Below are positions 12,851 to 20,989 of a DNA stretch of 64,000 nucleotides, piece by piece. Positions within the stretch are counted from its first letter, which is position 1. The number at the start of each line of letters is the position of its first letter. The translations under genes and the position numbers were made by a program. Origin of the DNA: Capsulimonadaceae bacterium (GTDB taxonomy: Bacteria; Armatimonadota; Armatimonadia; Armatimonadales; Capsulimonadaceae). Location of the stretch: the NCBI GenBank assembly GCA_965215505.1, contig OZ244065.1, forward strand, positions 5,024,001-5,088,000. The letters run 5' to 3'. The notes under the pieces are model-generated. The model was given only the letters and a program-made list of their open reading frames with translations, did not search any database and was not told the origin of the DNA.

Positions 12851-12877
12851 CATAAACGCAGGCGGCCCGGCGGGGCG

Positions 12878-13879
12878 TCAGGCCAGGCCGAAGTTGTGGG
12901 CGTATAACTCCCGCACTTTTTCCACCTCGTCCGCCGTCAGCGGAGGAGTGTCAGACGCGGCGCAGAGTTCTTCCAATTGTTTCTCATCGTAGATGTTCGG
13001 CAGGGCGGTCGCCAGCAGCGGCTCGGACCAGAGCCACTGCAAGGCGGCCTGGCCCAAGGTCCGGCCCGTGCCTTTGATCAGGAAGTCGAGCTTTTCGATC
13101 TTCACCAGACCATCTTCTAGCCACGCCTTGCGCTTCTCGTTGGTGGACACGCGGAAGTTGCGGTGGTCGCCGGGCGCGAACTCGGTCTGGGCGGTGTAGG
13201 AGCCTTCCAGCAGGCCCGAGGCGTGCGGGACGCGGCACATGACGCCGCCGCCGGTCTCGCGGGCGGCCTCGAAGACGTCCGGCCCGAGCATCTGTTCCAG
13301 CAGGTTGTAGATGATCTGTACCGAAGTCATCTTGCGGGTGCGGAAGGCGACCGCGCCCTCCTCGGCCTGCCGGATGTCTATGGCTGGGCCGAGGGCCGCC
13401 CCGTAGTGCCGGATCTTTCCCTCCGCCTTTAGCTCTTCCAGCGTCGCAAACAGTTCATCCTGTTGCAGCGCCTCGACGCGCGGGTTGTGGAGCTGGTAGA
13501 GGTCAATGCGGTCCGTCCCCAGACGCTTCAGGCTCTCCTCGCAGGCGCGCTTGATGTAGGCGGGCGACCAGTCGTGGGGGCGTTCTTTCTGCCCGGCCTG
13601 CTCGCCTGGGGCGGTGTACCAGTCATAGCCGAACTTGGTGGCGAGGGTCATCTCGTCCCGGTGCGCGCCCAAGGCTTCGGCCAAGATGGTCTCGCCCAGG
13701 CCGTCGCCGTACACGTCGGCGGTGTCGTAGAAGGTCACGCCCAGCTCGAACGCCCGCCGGAGCAGGCGCAGGCGGATGTCTCCGTCGGTGACGCCCCACA
13801 TGCGTGTGCTGACGGTCCAGACGCCGAAGCCGACGACGGAGGCGCGTAAGTCTGTCGTCCCGAAATTGCGGTACTGCAT
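12878..13879 (-). CDS. Aldo/keto reductase
   Basis: GVTFYDTADVYG, LATKFG, SLKRLGTDRIDLYQLHNP. Confidence 0.93.
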   Translation of the reverse strand: MQYRNFGTTDLRASVVGFGVWTVSTRMWGVTDGDIRLRLLRRAFELGVTFYDTADVYGDGLGETILAEALGAHRDEMTLATKFGYDWYTAPGEQAGQKERPHDWSPAYIKRACEESLKRLGTDRIDLYQLHNPRVEALQQDELFATLEELKAEGKIRHYGAALGPAIDIRQAEEGAVAFRTRKMTSVQIIYNLLEQMLGPDVFEAARETGGGVMCRVPHASGLLEGSYTAQTEFAPGDHRNFRVSTNEKRKAWLEDGLVKIEKLDFLIKGTGRTLGQAALQWLWSEPLLATALPNIYDEKQLEELCAASDTPPLTADEVEKVRELYAHNFGLA

Positions 13880-13891
13880 TGTCTCTGCTCT

Positions 13892-14470
13892 CTACTCTAA
13901 GTTAAACAGGTCCTCGACGCGGCAGGAGAAGCCGGGCAGGATGTCTCCAGCCGTCAGCGTGTCGTCCGCGTCCAGCGTCCGCGTCTCAGTCGGGGACATG
14001 AAGACGACCACCCGCTGCTGGTCTGGGAAGAGATGCCACACCTGCTCCGCCCCGCCGTCAAAATACTCGCGCACCTTGCGGGCCACCTCCGCCCGTTCCT
14101 CCGAGGGCGAGATGATCTCGACGCACAGGTCCGGGGCTAGATCACCGAAAGTATTAGGCACTTTGCCGCCGGGCAGCCGCGACTTGCGCGTGAACGAGAA
14201 GTCGGGAATGCGGATGTTGCCGCCCGTCATGCGGAACCCCGACTGGCCCGTCGTGCCCGTGCCGTGCCCCTTCATATAGGGGCCGAGCAACCAAATTAGG
14301 TTCAGGCAGATCGCGTCGTGCGTGAATATCGTCGGCACTTCCTTGAGCCTCCCGTCCACAAGTTCGTATCTGGCAAGCGTCGGGTTGCCTGGCCCGTCTT
14401 TCGGCAGGCGCAGCAATTCTTCTTCCGTCACCCGCGCTCCGGGCTTGATCTCCGCTTCGGCAATCGCCAT
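13892..14470 (-). CDS. Uma2-family endonuclease-like protein
   Basis: YELVDG, RIPDFSF, APDLCVEIISPS, KVREYF. Confidence 0.88.
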   Translation of the reverse strand: MAIAEAEIKPGARVTEEELLRLPKDGPGNPTLARYELVDGRLKEVPTIFTHDAICLNLIWLLGPYMKGHGTGTTGQSGFRMTGGNIRIPDFSFTRKSRLPGGKVPNTFGDLAPDLCVEIISPSEERAEVARKVREYFDGGAEQVWHLFPDQQRVVVFMSPTETRTLDADDTLTAGDILPGFSCRVEDLFNLE

Positions 14471-14541
14471 CGGGGGTCCCTCCTGACTCTGTATGCTTAG
14501 TATACCCGGTCAGAACGGGGCGGCGGGGTATACTAGGGGAA

Positions 14542-15033
14542 ATGATCCTCCTCCTCAGCGGCTCCATCAATGCGGGCAAGACGACCGTCTCCAAGCGGCT
14601 TGTCCGATTGCTGCCGCGCACGGCGCACGTCGAGGTGGACTACCTGCGCGAGTTCATTCGGTGGATGCCGCTGGATGAGGCGATCCCGCTGAACCTGCGA
14701 AATGCCGTCGCCGTCACGCTCAATTTTGTCGCCTATGGGCTGAACGGCGTCCTCAGCTACCCACTGTCACCGGCTAATCACGAGTACCTGATGCGCGAGC
14801 TGACGTCGCTCGGCGTACCTATCCACTGTTTCACGCTGAACCCGGATCTCGCCGCTGCCTTGACCGACCGGGGGACGCGCGCCCTGACCGAGTGGGAGAT
14901 GGAGCGCATCCCGTACCACTATGAGACGGGCATCAACAGCCCGCCGTTCGGCATCGTCATTGACAACACGCGCCAGATGCCCGAGGAGACAGCGCGGGAG
15001 ATAGTCATGTCTGTGCTGCCGGGACAGGAGTAA
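14542..15033 (+). CDS. P-loop (AAA_33-like) kinase
   Basis: N-terminal LLSGSINAGKTT Walker A. Confidence 0.75.
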   Translation: MILLLSGSINAGKTTVSKRLVRLLPRTAHVEVDYLREFIRWMPLDEAIPLNLRNAVAVTLNFVAYGLNGVLSYPLSPANHEYLMRELTSLGVPIHCFTLNPDLAAALTDRGTRALTEWEMERIPYHYETGINSPPFGIVIDNTRQMPEETAREIVMSVLPGQE

Positions 15034-15038
15034 GCCGG

Positions 15039-16025
15039 ATGAAAGAGATTGGCCGCACTCTGATACCGGCGAGGCATGTACAGTCGCTTTGCTGGCAAGG
15101 TGATGAACTGGTGGATTGGGTAACAGGCGGTATCTGCTACCGGATGGACGGCACTGTTTCCTCCCGTCTTGTCAGCTATGCCTATCGGTTTGACCGGGCT
15201 ACCACGTCGAACAATGGACAGTTCTCCGTCATCTATGAGGCGCTGGGCACGAAAGGCTTGGTCCTCGAAGGCGTCAAGATGATTCGCGAGATCAACCGGA
15301 GCTTCTACTGTGCCAATGCCTACGAGTACCCTGTCGCTTTGCTGCGCCTGCCTGATGGGCGCGATGTCCTGGCGCACTGCCCCGAAGAGTACAACAAGCT
15401 GGAAATCGAGGACGTGAAAACCGGCGAGCGGCTCACCCCGCGTACCGGTGAAGCGGCGGATTTCTTCCATTCCCGCCTTCAGGTGAGCTTGGACGGTAGG
15501 CATCTGCTCAGTGCCGGGTGGATGTGGCATCCGATTGACGACCTCAGAGTGTATGATGTCGCCGAAGCAATCAGCCACCCGGCCCACCTCGATGCCGAAA
15601 CGAATTGGGAGTTTACTGTCAGCTCGGAGATCACCAATGCGGCCTTCACAGCCGGCTCCATCCTGATGACGACGGGCCGACTCTTCTCTAGGGCAGACAG
15701 CCAAACGGATACTTTGATAGGTGACAATCAGTTAGGGAACTACGGCATCAATGAAAGGCGCTTCCGAACGATAGCTCCTTTGGAAGAACCCCTGGGGACT
15801 CTGATGCCTGTCGGCGATTTCGTTGTCGGCTTCTATGAGAATCCCAAGCTGGTGGAAGTCGCCACCGGAAAAATCATCATGCGCTGGCCGGAGCTAGAGA
15901 CAGGAAACCAGAACGGCAGCATCCTCTCCGACTTCGATAAGATACCGCCTCTTGCCCTTGACCCGTCGAACAGACGGTTTGCCGTGGCCGATGCGGAGAA
16001 GATCACCGTCATCCAGTTGGGATAA
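15039..16025 (+). CDS. Hypothetical beta-propeller-like protein
   Basis: 328 aa, beta-strand-rich repeats such as SLDGRHLLSAGW; lower GC. Confidence 0.65.
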   Translation: MKEIGRTLIPARHVQSLCWQGDELVDWVTGGICYRMDGTVSSRLVSYAYRFDRATTSNNGQFSVIYEALGTKGLVLEGVKMIREINRSFYCANAYEYPVALLRLPDGRDVLAHCPEEYNKLEIEDVKTGERLTPRTGEAADFFHSRLQVSLDGRHLLSAGWMWHPIDDLRVYDVAEAISHPAHLDAETNWEFTVSSEITNAAFTAGSILMTTGRLFSRADSQTDTLIGDNQLGNYGINERRFRTIAPLEEPLGTLMPVGDFVVGFYENPKLVEVATGKIIMRWPELETGNQNGSILSDFDKIPPLALDPSNRRFAVADAEKITVIQLG

Positions 16026-16029
16026 AGCA

Positions 16030-16614
16030 ATGCTAACAGATCATCTCACCACCGCCCTGAAAGAGTGGGCGGTCGTCCAAAGGTCGCTGCTGGAAGGGCA
16101 CCAGATCATTCTGCTCCGCAAGGGCGGGCTGATCGAGGAGAGCGGGGACTTTGACCTGCGGGCCGGGCAGTTCCTGCTGTACCCCACTTACGCGCACGAG
16201 ACCGAGCGGGCGGGGGACTTGCAGCCGTGCTTCGGGCAGTGGCTCGGGGAGGAGGAGGCGCGCAAGACGTCCCCCGCCGAGATTCGGATCGAGGCCGCCG
16301 CCGAGGTCAGCGACGTGGTGCGCGTGGACGACCGCGCGAAGTTGCTGAACCTCGCGCCGCAGCACATCTGGAGTCCTCAGTTCATTCATGGGCGCTACGA
16401 CTGGGAGCCGTACAAGCCCGTCTTCGTGCTGCTGTTGCGGGCCTACCGGCTGGCCGCGCCGACCGTCCGCCCCGTCCTGCGCCAGTACGGCGGCTGCCGG
16501 TCGTGGGTGGAGATGGCTGAGCCGGTCCCGACGGTGGAGGCCGTTCCCGCCGTCTCGGACGAGCGTTACGAGCGCCGCCGGGAACTGACCCTGCGGCTTT
16601 TAGCATCAGAATAG
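16030..16614 (+). CDS. DUF1802 family protein
   Basis: ALKEW, LLRKGG, FLLYPTYAHE and YGGCRSWV motifs. Confidence 0.85.
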   Translation: MLTDHLTTALKEWAVVQRSLLEGHQIILLRKGGLIEESGDFDLRAGQFLLYPTYAHETERAGDLQPCFGQWLGEEEARKTSPAEIRIEAAAEVSDVVRVDDRAKLLNLAPQHIWSPQFIHGRYDWEPYKPVFVLLLRAYRLAAPTVRPVLRQYGGCRSWVEMAEPVPTVEAVPAVSDERYERRRELTLRLLASE

Positions 16615-16638
16615 GACATCAGAATAGGAGAATAGACG

Positions 16639-17424
16639 ATGGCAGTCTGCGAATTCCACCTGGATCAGAGCAACGTGCTGGAAAAGATGATCTCGTTCAC
16701 GGCGATCGTGCCTGAAGGCAAGTCCGGGCCGTTCCCCGTCTTCTATTTGCTGCACGGCCTGTCCGACGACCACACCGCCTGGACCCGGCGGTCGAGCATC
16801 GAGCGGTACGTCGCGGGCCTGCCGCTGATCGTCGTCATGCCCAACGGCGAGCGCGGCTTTTACACCGACGCCAAAGACCGGCCCAAGGCTGCCTTCGAGA
16901 CCAACATCGTCAAAGACATCGTCGGCTTCGTGGACCGGACCTTCCAGACCATCCCCACCCGCGAGGGCCGCGTGGTCGCCGGGCTGTCCATGGGCGGCTA
17001 CGGGGCGGTCAAGCTGGCCCTGAAGTACCCGGACATGTTCTGCGCCGCCGTCAGCCATTCGGGCGCGGTCGGCTTCGCCCGGCGGGACTTCGACGCGGGC
17101 GGCGACTGGGGCCGCGAGTGGACGCCCGTCTTCGGCCACTCCCCGGCGGGCGGCCAGGATGACCCGTTCGCCCTGGCCGAGACGATGGACCGCGCCCGCC
17201 TCCCCGCCCTGCGGATAGACTGCGGCGTGGACGATTTTCTCATTGAAGAGAATCGCGCTTTTGACGCTCACCTGACTGGCCTGGGCATCCCGCACGAGTA
17301 CGAGGAACATCCCGGCGAACACAACTGGCAATACTGGGACTCGCACGTCCAGGATACCGTCGCCTTCTTCAAGCGCGTCCTGAAGCTGGGGGAAGAAGAC
17401 CCGGCGGCAGGGGAGCAGGAGTGA
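16639..17424 (+). CDS. Esterase (alpha/beta hydrolase, tributyrin esterase-like)
   Basis: YLLHG, GLSMGG nucleophile elbow, DCGVDD, GEHNW. Confidence 0.9.
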   Translation: MAVCEFHLDQSNVLEKMISFTAIVPEGKSGPFPVFYLLHGLSDDHTAWTRRSSIERYVAGLPLIVVMPNGERGFYTDAKDRPKAAFETNIVKDIVGFVDRTFQTIPTREGRVVAGLSMGGYGAVKLALKYPDMFCAAVSHSGAVGFARRDFDAGGDWGREWTPVFGHSPAGGQDDPFALAETMDRARLPALRIDCGVDDFLIEENRAFDAHLTGLGIPHEYEEHPGEHNWQYWDSHVQDTVAFFKRVLKLGEEDPAAGEQE

Positions 17425-17428
17425 TGGA

Positions 17429-18358
17429 ATGAGCAGGACACTGTCCGGTGTCGCAACGGCCTTCCTATGGCTGGCCCCTCTGAGCGGGTGGGCCGGACCG
17501 CCTTACCTAACTGACGACCCGGACCCGGTGCCGCTGCACCACTGGGAGGTCTATGCGTTCGCCACACGCGACCGAACTCACAGCGCCGACAGCGTGATCG
17601 GCCCCGCGCTGGAGGTCAACAACGGCGTTGCGCCGAACACGCAAATTCACTTCGTCATCCCCCAGGCTTATGCGTCGGAGGGCGGCACGAGCGCGCGGGG
17701 CCTGGGGGACACCGAGGCGGGCGTCAAGTACCGCTTGCTCACGGAGACGAAAACCCGCCCGGAGATCGGCGTCTTTCCCCTGGTGGAGCTGCCGACGGGC
17801 GACCAGTCGCGCGGCCTGGGCAACGGGCGCACCTGGGTCAAGGTGCCGGTCTGGCTCCAGAAATCCTTTGGGCCGTGGACGACGTATGGCGGCGGGGGGT
17901 ATGCCTACAATTCCGCCCCAGGGCAGCAAAATTATGGGTACGGCGGTCTGCTGGTCCAGCGCACCCTCAGCCCGCGCCTGACATTGGGCGGCGAGGTGTT
18001 CCTCCAGGGGGCGTCGGCGGACGGCCCGCAGTCGGTCAACGTGGGGTCGGCGGGTGCCTCGTCCTCGGACATCCAAGTGGCGGGGGCGCGCTCGTCCGCC
18101 CTCTACAACGTCGGCGGCTCCTACAACTTCACCCCGGACTTCAGCTTGCTGTTTACGGTAGGCCACTCTTTTCAGGGAGATGGCAACTCCGTCCTCTACC
18201 TGGGCCTGTACCGCACCCTAGCCGGGCGCACCCTAGCCGGGCTTGACAGCGCGGATGAACGCGCCCATGATTCGCCCGTCCAGGGCGGCCCTCTCATCTG
18301 CGGGCAGGGTGAGGATGGCGTCGGCGGCGCAGGCGGAGCTTTCCAGGTCGGAGAATAG
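17429..18358 (+). CDS. Secreted, probable outer-membrane beta-barrel protein; C-terminus reads through into arsM
   Basis: Signal peptide, GPPYLTDDP, GLGDTEAGVKYR and amphipathic strands. After YLGLYRT the ORF continues through a 15-bp tandem duplication. Confidence 0.7.
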   Translation: MSRTLSGVATAFLWLAPLSGWAGPPYLTDDPDPVPLHHWEVYAFATRDRTHSADSVIGPALEVNNGVAPNTQIHFVIPQAYASEGGTSARGLGDTEAGVKYRLLTETKTRPEIGVFPLVELPTGDQSRGLGNGRTWVKVPVWLQKSFGPWTTYGGGGYAYNSAPGQQNYGYGGLLVQRTLSPRLTLGGEVFLQGASADGPQSVNVGSAGASSSDIQVAGARSSALYNVGGSYNFTPDFSLLFTVGHSFQGDGNSVLYLGLYRTLAGRTLAGLDSADERAHDSPVQGGPLICGQGEDGVGGAGGAFQVGE

Positions 18359-19099
18359 GTAGCGGCGGGTCGGCTCGATGACCGCCTCGACGAAGCCCGC
18401 CTCGGACAGCCGCCGCAGGTAGTCGCCTGTTTCCAAAGCCCCGGCGACGCAGCCGACGTAGGATTCCATGTCGGCGCGGACGGCGTCGGGCAGGTCGCCC
18501 TCCACCACCACGTCGGAGACGGCGAACCGGCCGCCGGGCCGCAGCACGCGGAACGCCTCGCGCAGCACGGCGTCCTTGTCGGCGGACAGGTTGATGACGC
18601 AGTTGGAGATCACCACGTCTACGGAGGCGTTGGGCAGGGGAATGGCCTCGATGTGGCCCTTGAGGAACGTGACATTAGTCGCGGCTGCCTCGGCCTTGTT
18701 TTTCTCGGCCAGGGCCAGCATCTCGTCGGTCATGTCCAGGCCGAAGGCCCAGCCGCCGGGCGAGACGCGCCTCGCCGACAGCAGGACGTCTATCCCGCCG
18801 CCGCTGCCCAGGTCCAGCACGACCTCGCCGGGAGCCAGTGTCGCCAGGGCGGTGGGATTGCCGCACCCCAAAGAGGCCAGCAGGGCGGCCTCGGGGATCT
18901 GGTCGGCCTCGGCCCGGTCATACAGGCCGCCGGTGATCGCGTCGCCCCCGCAGCAGGAGTCCGCTGCGCCCCCTCCTCCCGCGTTGCCGCCGCAGCAGGC
19001 CGCGCCCGCCCCGCTCAGGACCGTCAAGGCAGCCTCCCCATACTTCCGACGCACGACCTCGCGCACGTCGTCACGCTCCATCAGGTTCATCTCGGTCAT
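18233..19099 (-). CDS. arsM: Arsenite S-adenosylmethyltransferase
   Basis: CC pairs, SLGCGNP, VLDLGSGGG, ISNCVINL, GCVAGA. Confidence 0.92.
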   Translation of the reverse strand: MTEMNLMERDDVREVVRRKYGEAALTVLSGAGAACCGGNAGGGGAADSCCGGDAITGGLYDRAEADQIPEAALLASLGCGNPTALATLAPGEVVLDLGSGGGIDVLLSARRVSPGGWAFGLDMTDEMLALAEKNKAEAAATNVTFLKGHIEAIPLPNASVDVVISNCVINLSADKDAVLREAFRVLRPGGRFAVSDVVVEGDLPDAVRADMESYVGCVAGALETGDYLRRLSEAGFVEAVIEPTRRYLFSDLESSACAADAILTLPADERAALDGRIMGAFIRAVKPG

Positions 19100-19119
19100 C
19101 GTTTCGTCTCCCTCTAATC

Positions 19120-19482
19120 CTAACAGCAGCCGTCTTGATCCGCATTGCCGAAGAAGGCGGCGAGCGCATTCACGGCGTCCCGGTTGACGCGGCACACCAT
19201 GTTCTTGCCGCGCCGCTCGACTTCCACCAGGCCGGCCAGTCTCAGCTCCTTGATGTGGAAGGAGACGGCCGAGGTGATCCGGTCCGCCCCCGTCACCTGG
19301 CAGCACACCTCCCCCACCGTCGGCCCGTCCACGGGCCGCACGTCCCCCGCCTCGTCCACGGCCACGGGGCCGCAGCAGGCGCGGAGGAAGGTGAAGATGG
19401 CGAGCCGCGTGGGGTCGCCCAGAGCTTTGAACATGGCGGCCAGGGCGGCATCGGTGATGGGTTTCTGTTGAATAGCAAGCAT
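19120..19482 (-). CDS. arsR: ArsR/SmtB family regulator
   Basis: FKALGDPTRL, HTH with CC pairs and C-terminal CC; directly upstream of arsM. Confidence 0.85.
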   Translation of the reverse strand: MLAIQQKPITDAALAAMFKALGDPTRLAIFTFLRACCGPVAVDEAGDVRPVDGPTVGEVCCQVTGADRITSAVSFHIKELRLAGLVEVERRGKNMVCRVNRDAVNALAAFFGNADQDGCC

Positions 19483-19497
19483 GGTTCGGTTCAACAC

Positions 19498-19544
19498 TTC
19501 AATTATCGTTGAATGATTATGACACACGGAACGGGGTCTGTCAA
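19498..19544 (-). promoter_or_regulatory. arsR promoter and operator
   Basis: TTGACA-17 nt-CATAAT on the minus strand; palindrome TTCAA-N6-TTGAA at 19498-19513. Confidence 0.7.
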
Positions 19545-19555
19545 GCCTCGGCGTG

Positions 19556-19592
19556 GAAAAAAGAGGGGAGGGCCGCGCGCTAAGGCGCGGCC
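19556..19592 (-). terminator. Putative terminator of the retron operon
   Basis: GGCCGCGC/GCGCGGCC stem with the RT stop codon in the loop, followed by a pyrimidine tract ending in TTTTTT. Confidence 0.4.
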
Positions 19593-20989
19593 TGACTCCA
19601 CTGGACGACCCAGGGGTGCTTCAGGGCCAGGCGCTGGGCCTGTTCGGGGGCGACCATGTGCAGGAAGGCGAGGTATCCGCCGGCGTAGGCGCGGGCGTCT
19701 TTGCCCATCTGCCGGGAGACTTCGGCGACGCCTAATGTCTCGCAGCGGTGCAGGACGGCGCGGAAGCGGCGCAGGTCGGGGCGCGAGACGTGGGGCGTCT
19801 CGTTGACGACGATGCCGGTCACGACCTGGCGGTGCTGGGGGCGCAATACGGAGGTTTTCTCCTCGTTCACCGTCAACCCCACATCCGCGATGATCCGGCG
19901 GGCCAGGGCGAGCAGGATGCCGACCGGGGCCGACGATTCGGCGTGCGAGAAGACCAGGTCGTCGGCGTAGCGGGAGTACCGGAAGCCAAGCGCCTCGGCG
20001 GCCCCGGCAAGGCGTGAGTCCATGCGGTGGCACAGGAGGTTCGTCAGGGCGGGCGACGTGCAGGCCCCTTGCGGCAGACTGCGCTCGCCAATCGCGACGA
20101 AATGCGGCTTGCCGTCGAGCAGGACGGCGGCGCGCGGGGCCTCGGTGGCGAGCAATGAGAAGAGAGTCGCGACGCCGCCGCTGTAGCCCATCTCGCGGAA
20201 CAGGCGGCGGACGCGCGGCAGGGTGATGGAGGGGAAGAAGTCTTTGAGGTCAATGCGGGCGACGACGGCCCGGCCCGTGTGCCGGGCGGCGTTGTCCACG
20301 ACGGACAGGCCGGGGCGGAAGGCGGCGGCGGCCTCATGCACCGGCAGCGGGGCGAGGATGTTTTCCAGCAGCCAGCTTTGGGCGGCGCGCAGGCGGCGCT
20401 TGGGGGAGGAGATGACGCGCGTCCCGCCCCGCTTCTTCGGGATGGCGAACCGGGAATAGTGGTCCAGGCTCGCCGCCCCCCGGTGGTAAGTCAGCCAGGC
20501 CAGCTCGCGCTCCTCGATGCCGATGGCCTGAGCGACATCGGTCGCGGAGGTGAGGAGCGGCAGGCCCAGGGCGGCAAGCTCCTCCGGCTCGCCCGCGTCG
20601 TAGACCAGGCTCTTGGAGACGCCTCCGCCCAGGAAGGGCAGGGTCTTATGCCGCCACTCGGCGTCGTCGGCCTTTCTCTGCGCCTCTTCCTTGAGGCGGG
20701 CCTCGCGGCGGGCGGTGCGTTCGGCCCGGACGCGCTCGATGCGCTTGCGGCGGACCTCCAGGAGCAGTCGGGGGATGTCGCCCGCTTCGGCGATCTGCGC
20801 CTCGACGGCGGCGAGGTCGGTCTGCGCCGACGCCATCTCGTCATAGAGCGCGCGGAGCTGCTTCTCGGCAGTCGCGGCCTGGGCGGCGACTTCGGGGTTC
20901 GGGGGCCAGAAGCCGAGCCGCGTCATCTCCTCGCGGATGAAAGCCTGCTTGCCGACCTGCTGGTAGCGTTTCTTCTGCTCCGCGTTCAC
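19580..20989 (-). CDS. Retron-type reverse transcriptase with N-terminal helical extension
   Basis: IPKKRGGTRVI, region X NAARH, IDLKDFFPSI, LPQGACTSP, YADD and region Y VTGIVVN. Confidence 0.93.
   Translation of the reverse strand: MNAEQKKRYQQVGKQAFIREEMTRLGFWPPNPEVAAQAATAEKQLRALYDEMASAQTDLAAVEAQIAEAGDIPRLLLEVRRKRIERVRAERTARREARLKEEAQRKADDAEWRHKTLPFLGGGVSKSLVYDAGEPEELAALGLPLLTSATDVAQAIGIEERELAWLTYHRGAASLDHYSRFAIPKKRGGTRVISSPKRRLRAAQSWLLENILAPLPVHEAAAAFRPGLSVVDNAARHTGRAVVARIDLKDFFPSITLPRVRRLFREMGYSGGVATLFSLLATEAPRAAVLLDGKPHFVAIGERSLPQGACTSPALTNLLCHRMDSRLAGAAEALGFRYSRYADDLVFSHAESSAPVGILLALARRIIADVGLTVNEEKTSVLRPQHRQVVTGIVVNETPHVSRPDLRRFRAVLHRCETLGVAEVSRQMGKDARAYAGGYLAFLHMVAPEQAQRLALKHPWVVQWSQAAP

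Noticed and set aside
10685-14470. Two Uma2 genes as a restriction system
   Set aside because: Uma2/DUF820 paralogues are commonly expanded and scattered; there is no methyltransferase or operon link here.
19580-20989. RT as a group II intron, DGR or CRISPR-associated RT
   Set aside because: No maturase/endonuclease domain, intron domain V, TR/VR repeat pair or cas1 was seen. NAxxH, VTG and the msr-msd structure point to a retron.
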